Shown: one piece after another, positions 59,610 through 64,000 of the stretch
How positions within the stretch are numbered: position 1 is the stretch's first letter
Layout of the letters: the number at the start of each line of letters is the position of its first letter
Source: a virus
IMG/VR virus record: IMGVR_UViG_3300008259_000011
Span: 32,001 to 96,000 of that record
Strand: one strand, 5' to 3'
DNA: 64,000 nucleotides
Notes under the pieces: generated by a model
The model's input: the letters and a program-made list of their open reading frames with translations, nothing else
What the model was told of the DNA's origin: nothing
Databases searched by the model: none
Program-made: the position numbers and the translations under genes

Positions 59610-59792
59610 TCAACTGTTTTTGTGAGAATTTTCTTTGATCCAATCAAGACGGTGTTTGTTCACCCAATCTGTTAGTGCTTTTTCAAATCCAATATCAGCG
59701 TTGGCTTTTTCAGATTCGATCCACTTGTGTTTAAGAATTTCATCCCGTATCTTAAGATATTTTGCATATGAAGATGTCGGTTTGGAACTCAT
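59610..59792 (-). CDS. Small conserved protein (DUF4032-like, PVC-type)
   Basis: RDEILKHKWIESEKANADIGFEKALTDW; start revised to MSSKP. Confidence 0.7.
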   Translation of the reverse strand: MSSKPTSSYAKYLKIRDEILKHKWIESEKANADIGFEKALTDWVNKHRLDWIKENSHKNS

Positions 59793-59849
59793 ACTCAAAT
59801 AAATAGTTGTTCGTAACAAAACCGTTACATTTGAATGTATAAATAAAAT

Positions 59850-59924
59850 TGGAGTTCCGTGTTGGATTTGCACCAACCTAATGCTGTTTTGCAGACAGCC
59901 GCCTAACTACTCGACCAACGAAAC
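59850..59924 (-). tRNA. tRNA-Cys(GCA)
   Basis: Loop CTGCAAA, U73. Confidence 0.9.
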
Positions 59925-59930
59925 ATAAAG

Positions 59931-60009
59931 TGGGGTGTACGGCGGGATTCGAACCCGTATCTGCCAGACTCACAATCTGGGGCATTAAACCAGTTATGCT
60001 ACATACACC
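59931..60009 (-). tRNA. tRNA-His(GTG)
   Basis: Loop TTGTGAG, encoded G-1:C73. Confidence 0.92.
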
Positions 60010-60017
60010 ATTAAAAA

Positions 60018-60091
60018 TGGAGCCTCCAGCTGGTATCGATCCAGCGTTTCATCATTACCAATGATGTGTAATACCTTTATACTATGAAGGC
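60018..60091 (-). tRNA. tRNA-Thr(GGT)
   Basis: Loop TTGGTAA; T-loop ATCGATA. Confidence 0.88.
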
Positions 60092-60096
60092 AAAAG

Positions 60097-60174
60097 TGGT
60101 ACTGCCGGTAGGAGTCGAACCTACAACCTTCTGATCCGTAGTCAGATGCTCTAATCCAATTGAGCTACGACAGC
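60097..60174 (-). tRNA. tRNA-Arg(ACG)
   Basis: Loop CTACGGA. Confidence 0.93.
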
Positions 60175-60183
60175 ATTATAAAT

Positions 60184-60260
60184 TGGCGCACCCGGAGGGA
60201 CTCTAACCCCCAACCTTTCCGGTAGAAACGGATGGCTCTATACAATTGAGCTACGAGTGC
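60184..60260 (-). tRNA. tRNA-Arg(TCT)
   Basis: Loop TTTCTAC; T-loop TTAGAGT. Confidence 0.88.
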
Positions 60261-60270
60261 GTTAAAATTA

Positions 60271-60672
60271 TTAGTTATGCATATTACTACCAGCTCCATA
60301 TCCATTTTGTAATTTTGGAGTATTTAAGATTTCATCTTTTGGATCTGGATACACACTGAAAAAATAATGAATGTCATCATTCTTTTTATTTGTGGAATAT
60401 AATAAAAAATTTACATTACCATTTGGATGTCCTCTACCGTCAAATATATAATAATATTCAGGATCAGTGCCAGATAAGGCTGCTTTTGGCACATCTTTAA
60501 CATATTTAAAGAACACCTCCGAAGATATTCTATATACATTATCATCATCACCTAATGTATTTTGCATCCACATAGCCGGTTCTGTAGAATCATCACCCAA
60601 TCCAAATTGACATATTAATCCTACACAATTACCCAAATATTGTTCTTTTAGTAAACTTGATAATTTAATCAT
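60271..60672 (-). CDS. Hypothetical protein with N-terminal MIKLSSLLKE tag
   Basis: Start revised; TATTTATA 3 nt upstream. Confidence 0.7.
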   Translation of the reverse strand: MIKLSSLLKEQYLGNCVGLICQFGLGDDSTEPAMWMQNTLGDDDNVYRISSEVFFKYVKDVPKAALSGTDPEYYYIFDGRGHPNGNVNFLLYSTNKKNDDIHYFFSVYPDPKDEILNTPKLQNGYGAGSNMHN

Positions 60673-60701
60673 AACTATAAATATATCAAACTTATTTAAG
60701 A

Positions 60702-60775
60702 TGGTAGGCAATCACGGTTCCGCCCCGTGGTCTTTCGATTATCAGTCGAATGCTCTACTATTGAGCTAAATGCCT
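60702..60775 (-). tRNA. tRNA-Ile(GAT)
   Basis: Loop CTGATAA; atypical T-loop GGCGGAA. Confidence 0.85.
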
Positions 60776-60781
60776 ATTAAA

Positions 60782-60860
60782 TGGCGAGGGTAGCCGGATT
60801 CGAACCGAGCAAGTCTGCACAGTGACAGTGTGCTATGTTAGCCAATTACACTATACCCCC
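60782..60860 (-). tRNA. tRNA-Asp(GTC)
   Basis: Loop CTGTCAC, G73. Confidence 0.9.
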
Positions 60861-60871
60861 ATTAAAATTAA

Positions 60872-60976
60872 TCACCAACACGATAGTTAGCTCATAGGCA
60901 TATTCGGTTATTGTTCGTCGTCAACAATAATCCCGCTATCTCTTTTACCACACGACCTGCTTCATAGAGTTGGTGA
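60872..60976 (-). ncRNA. Putative structured RNA
   Basis: TCACCAAC/GTTGGTGA terminal stem; GATAG/CTATC; TTATTGTT/AACAATAA. Confidence 0.45.
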
Positions 60977-60979
60977 AAT

Positions 60980-61057
60980 TGGTGCAAGTGATGGGATTTG
61001 AACCCACAACCTTTCGGGTAAGAGCCGAATACTCTGATCCAGTTGAGTTACACTTGC
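60980..61057 (-). tRNA. tRNA-Lys(CTT)
   Basis: Loop CTCTTAC. Confidence 0.9.
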
Positions 61058-61062
61058 ATAAA

Positions 61063-61162
61063 TGGTTTTCCTAGGATTTCACAGTTGTTCTCTTGTTTCG
61101 TGCCCTACTCCAAGATCTATCTAGTTCCGCCAGGTGCACCGAAATTTTGGTATCACCTGTAA
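61063..61162 (-). ncRNA. Putative structured RNA, junction motif copy B, ends in ACCA
   Basis: CTAG-ATAGA-TCTTG..CAAGA-GAAC..GTGAAATC-CTAG; promoter TTGACG-16-TAAGAT at 61197-61224. Confidence 0.55.
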
Positions 61163-61243
61163 AATTTGTATCTATTATTGTCAACGAACGATAAACATCT
61201 TACCACACTTTATTGTTCCGTCAACAATATTCTTAAAAAAATT

Positions 61244-61996
61244 TTAAGTACTAACTGGTTTCTTTGGATAAGGTTGAACTGGTTTAACCAAGTTTGCCAG
61301 AATGTTCTTTCCTTCACTAGAGTTTGTACCGGATAAAATGTAAATATACTTATGTTTACCGTAATCAATCCGTAATTCAAACGGACTGTCAGGATTTGTT
61401 TTTAAATCACGAACTGCATCTCCAGCAGTTTTAAATCCATATTTTTCTATCTGCGGTTTTCTATTAACCCATCTATCTTCATTTTTATCCCACAAACGTT
61501 TTCTAGTTCTACTCTTACCTAGATAAATTGCGTTTGTAGCTTGATATACAGTGCCAGTGTGTCCTTGTTCACTATCAGACCGAGTAATAATTACTTTTAC
61601 TTTAGGATAATTTTGTTTGATCGTTTTATTACCTAATCCAATTACGTATGATGCCAAATTATTTTTTAATTCAGGTATTTCTTTCACTTCTGGTTTTAGA
61701 TATAATCTTAACAATTCTAATAATTCATTCTGTTTAAGTAAACTATTACCTTTATCATCCACAGCTATTTCTTGAAAATCTTGTGGCTTGGTAGTCTGTC
61801 CATATACAATAACCCCAACCATATCTACATTGCCATCAGGCATCTTGTACATCACACCATAATTAACAGTAACCGCTGTTGGATACTTCTTTAGATAATG
61901 TTTGTTTATAAAGTCTATAACCTCAGACTTACTCTTTGGTTCTAGATATACACTATCTTTTAGAGATTCTATCAACAAACTCTTAAATGTTATCAT
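61244..61996 (-). CDS. Mom-like (GNAT-fold) DNA-modification protein with N-terminal tag
   Basis: HYL, VGVIVYG, ELLRLY, SD..QGHTGTVYQATN.IYLG, K.KY, PYPK motifs; start revised to MITFKSLLIE. Confidence 0.75.
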   Translation of the reverse strand: MITFKSLLIESLKDSVYLEPKSKSEVIDFINKHYLKKYPTAVTVNYGVMYKMPDGNVDMVGVIVYGQTTKPQDFQEIAVDDKGNSLLKQNELLELLRLYLKPEVKEIPELKNNLASYVIGLGNKTIKQNYPKVKVIITRSDSEQGHTGTVYQATNAIYLGKSRTRKRLWDKNEDRWVNRKPQIEKYGFKTAGDAVRDLKTNPDSPFELRIDYGKHKYIYILSGTNSSEGKNILANLVKPVQPYPKKPVST

Positions 61997-62015
61997 ATCG
62001 TATAAATAGTAAACA

Positions 62016-62143
62016 TTGAGGATTTCACGGGGGATAATTACTTCTAGAGAGTAAGTCCCAAACGGCTGTATAGCCTTACCGTTCCACATTTTATACTCCT
62101 TCACCAGAGGGAATCGAACCCCAGAGAAATGTGTCTATCTCAA
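62016..62143 (-). ncRNA. Putative structured RNA, junction motif copy C with T-loop hairpin
   Basis: TTGAG-ATAGA-CACATTT..AAATGTG-GAAC..GTGAAATC-CTCAA; internal GGGTTCGATTCCC. Confidence 0.55.
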
Positions 62144-62299
62144 AAATATATGAGTGGTAGCTGCACCCACTCTCCGTCTTCCCAAGTTTCTCGTCTGGCC
62201 ACATCTAAGGGCATCCACTTGGATAGTTGATATCGGAGTATAGAGGCAATAACTCTTTGTTCAGATATGAACAATCCTTTACAAGTCTTGTTCAAAAAA

Positions 62300-62375
62300 T
62301 GGCCCGATAGGTTGGTAACGCTCCAACGTCCCTTCGTCTTCAGCGAAGTGCTAATACTATCTCAGCTACTACCGG
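62300..62375 (-). tRNA. tRNA-Phe(GAA), atypical
   Basis: Loop CTGAAGA; T-loop AGCGTTA; C1:G72, G73. Confidence 0.8.
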
Positions 62376-62388
62376 ATTATAAATTAAA

Positions 62389-62471
62389 TTGACAAGTCAA
62401 AGGAATCGAACCTTTTCGGAACAGCAGCATCACTGCTCCTTTACCACGCCCTGCGCACTAGCACCTGTCAA
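62389..62471 (-). ncRNA. tRNA-like RNA without CCA
   Basis: 9-bp TTGACAGGT/ACTTGTCAA stem; T-arm AAAGG-TTCGATT-CCTTT; irregular D and anticodon arms. Confidence 0.5.
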
Positions 62472-62477
62472 AGTAAA

Positions 62478-62576
62478 TAACAGAGTGGTTTTGAACCAAT
62501 CCCATAGAGAATCGTGCATCTTGCCTGGCGTCAAACTCCAAGCCTTCATTGCTAATTCGATCTATACACTCTGTCA
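62478..62576 (-). ncRNA. Structured RNA with T-loop
   Basis: TGACAGAGTG/CACTCTGTTA stem; ATAGA/TCTAT; TGG-TTCAAAA-CCA. Confidence 0.45.
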
Positions 62577-62593
62577 AATCGTTTTTTGATACA

Positions 62594-63421
62594 TTAAAAT
62601 CTAATATCATCAGTGGAATCGTCAAATCTTTTCTCTAATGGAATTGGAACTCCATCGTCATCATAAGTAATCAACTCCGCTGATTTAACTTGATTTGGGT
62701 TAAAAACTGCATATACAATTCCTGTACCCGAATGAATTTTTCCTTCAAATCCACGATTTTCAATTTGAATAAATCCTGTGTATCCTTTGTTCTGAATCCA
62801 TTCTCTTAAAGACAGCCACTTTCCACCATTTCGGAAAGCCCATAATTCTATAATAGACCAAGAAGATTCATCAATAGCTTGATATACAGAATCTATAACT
62901 TTAACTTTATTAGAGTCGTCGTATCGTCTATAATCTGGATCTCTCCACGCCCATTCATGTTCATATTCATCTGTTAATTCTTGAGGTATGTAGTGTGTTG
63001 GATTATCCGTTCCAGACATTCCGAATAAAGAGTATTCTGTTCCAGGCATCATTCCATTTTCTTTCTCTTTTTGAAGTTGCCATTCATAACATTTTTTTAT
63101 AACAGATTTTAAAAACTGTTTCGTTTTTGAATCTCTCAAATCAAAGAAATTGGCTTTTAGATAAACTTTGTAAATTTTACTATTTTTACCGAACGACGTT
63201 GTACCTTGTCCTGTCTCTTTTTTATAAATTTCCGCATGTTCTTTATTATCAGTAAAATATAACGCTCCTCTTTTTGAGACTCTAAAATTGTTAAAGGATT
63301 TATCACCTATAACAGTTCCGTGAAATAAAGGTCCGACAGTATAACCTTTACTATTTGCTGCTTTTTTAACGTCGGCTTCATCCCATTGAGATTCCACAAT
63401 TAGAGATTTAAGTTTAATCAT
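62594..63421 (-). CDS. ADP-ribosyltransferase-like (ART-PolyVal-like) protein with N-terminal tag
   Basis: LFHGT..F..F...LYFT...A..Y, VYLK, GY.G, YAVFNPNQVKSA; starts MIKLKSLIVE. Confidence 0.65.
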   Translation of the reverse strand: MIKLKSLIVESQWDEADVKKAANSKGYTVGPLFHGTVIGDKSFNNFRVSKRGALYFTDNKEHAEIYKKETGQGTTSFGKNSKIYKVYLKANFFDLRDSKTKQFLKSVIKKCYEWQLQKEKENGMMPGTEYSLFGMSGTDNPTHYIPQELTDEYEHEWAWRDPDYRRYDDSNKVKVIDSVYQAIDESSWSIIELWAFRNGGKWLSLREWIQNKGYTGFIQIENRGFEGKIHSGTGIVYAVFNPNQVKSAELITYDDDGVPIPLEKRFDDSTDDIRF

Positions 63422-63453
63422 ATATCATATAAATATAACAAATCAAAAAAACT

Positions 63454-63560
63454 AATCTGCATGGTTGGAATTGAACCAACGGCCCGTGCTTATTCACACT
63501 TTTACGGTGTCATTTACCATCATAGTGAGCACTGATCTACCTCTGAACTACACACAGATT
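63454..63560 (-). ncRNA. tRNA-like gene with 37-nt expanded anticodon loop
   Basis: Acceptor, D-arm and T-arm GTTGG-TTCAATT-CCAAC intact; GTGCT/AGCAC stem encloses 37 nt; no CCA. Confidence 0.65.
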
Positions 63561-63564
63561 AAAA

Positions 63565-63628
63565 TGGTGGGGAGCCTTTCAGCGCCAGATTTACAGTCTG
63601 GACCATCTCTTTAATGGTATAATACCCC
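63565..63628 (-). pseudogene. T-armless tRNA-Tyr(GTA)-like gene
   Basis: CCAGA-CTGTAAA-TCTGG, V-arm GCT-GAAA-GGC, then directly TCCCC-A-CCA; 64 nt. Confidence 0.65.
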
Positions 63629-63639
63629 GAAAAATTTAA

Positions 63640-63906
63640 CGTCATATGTTTGTTTCACCATATGACAGTGACTGAGGTTCTTCTTTCACCGTTACGTTCT
63701 AGTTATCCTCACCTATGCACAGGTAGAACGGCTTTAGTCACTTCAGAAGATGGCTATTCGATGTTGGGTTACGGGATGACTTACACAGTCTAATTATAAC
63801 CTACAGTCAGATATCTTGTTGTAGATCAACCCACTCACTCTCCACGACTGCCTCACTTGCAATTGAAGCATCTTTCTTCAGCATCGTGAGTCTGCTGACA
63901 TCGAAT
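63640..63906 (-). ncRNA. Putative ~270-nt multi-stem RNA
   Basis: ATTCGATGT/ACATCGAAT, AGTGACT/AGTCACT, CGTTCTA/TAGAACG, GTCATATG/CATATGAC; no long ORF. Confidence 0.5.
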
Positions 63907-63911
63907 AAAAT

Positions 63912-63954
63912 TGGCTCCAGAGGAAGGGCTCGAACCTTCAACATTTCGGTTAAC
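63912..63954 (-). tRNA. 3' half of tRNA-Asn(GTT), interrupted at the anticodon (5' half beyond window)
   Basis: GTT-AA-CCGAA-ATGTT-GAAGG-TTCGAGC-CCTTC-CTCTGGA-G-CCA; upstream sequence does not supply the 5' anticodon strand. Confidence 0.7.
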
Positions 63955-64000
63955 TTCAGCCTTGTGAGATTTGCACTCTCTATTAAATAGTACTTTATAG

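Noticed and set aside
61997-62104. N-terminal extension of the Mom-like ORF in the track (similarly for the 60271, 56025, 45937, 59610 and 41696 ORFs)
   Set aside because: The extensions run through promoters, terminators, tRNAs, ncRNA or neighbouring genes; downstream ATGs fit better
51490-62589. Short ORFs overlapping tRNAs (51490+, 54051+, 55423+, 58302+, 58360-, 62389+)
   Set aside because: Translations of tRNA/ncRNA sequence with no independent coding signal

Overview
This window is an AT-rich segment of a large T4-superfamily-like myovirus (jumbo phage), read with the standard genetic code and coded almost entirely on the minus strand. 1-13 kb is the head module: major capsid N-terminus, scaffold, prohead protease, portal, large terminase and putative head-internal proteins. 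13-21 kb holds a fused Mre11-Rad50 (SbcD-SbcC), a primase and a RuvC-like resolvase. 21-40 kb is the baseplate/tail module (gp6-, gp25- and gp5-like proteins plus PKD/LRR/beta-propeller adhesin-like proteins). 40-50 kb has a late-sigma-like factor, Hsp20, glycosyltransferases, an HD hydrolase and PhoH. 50-64 kb is an RNA island with a tmRNA, 22 near-canonical tRNAs, several aberrant tRNAs and about a dozen unexplained structured RNAs, interleaved with glycan-modifying enzymes, an HNH nuclease, an outer-membrane barrel, a Mom-like acetyltransferase and an ART-like protein. Most notable are (i) a three-copy covarying RNA junction motif (AG-AUAGA-P2-GA-P3-GAAAUC-CU) among the tRNAs, (ii) a permuted YrlA-like tRNA mimic and other non-canonical tRNAs, and (iii) a shared N-terminal M-[IV]-K-L-x-x-L-L-x-E tag on unrelated late-promoter genes, resembling a capsid-targeting sequence. 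A Verrucomicrobia/PVC host is suggested but not proven. All calls come from reading the sequence by eye; no searches or folding programs were run.
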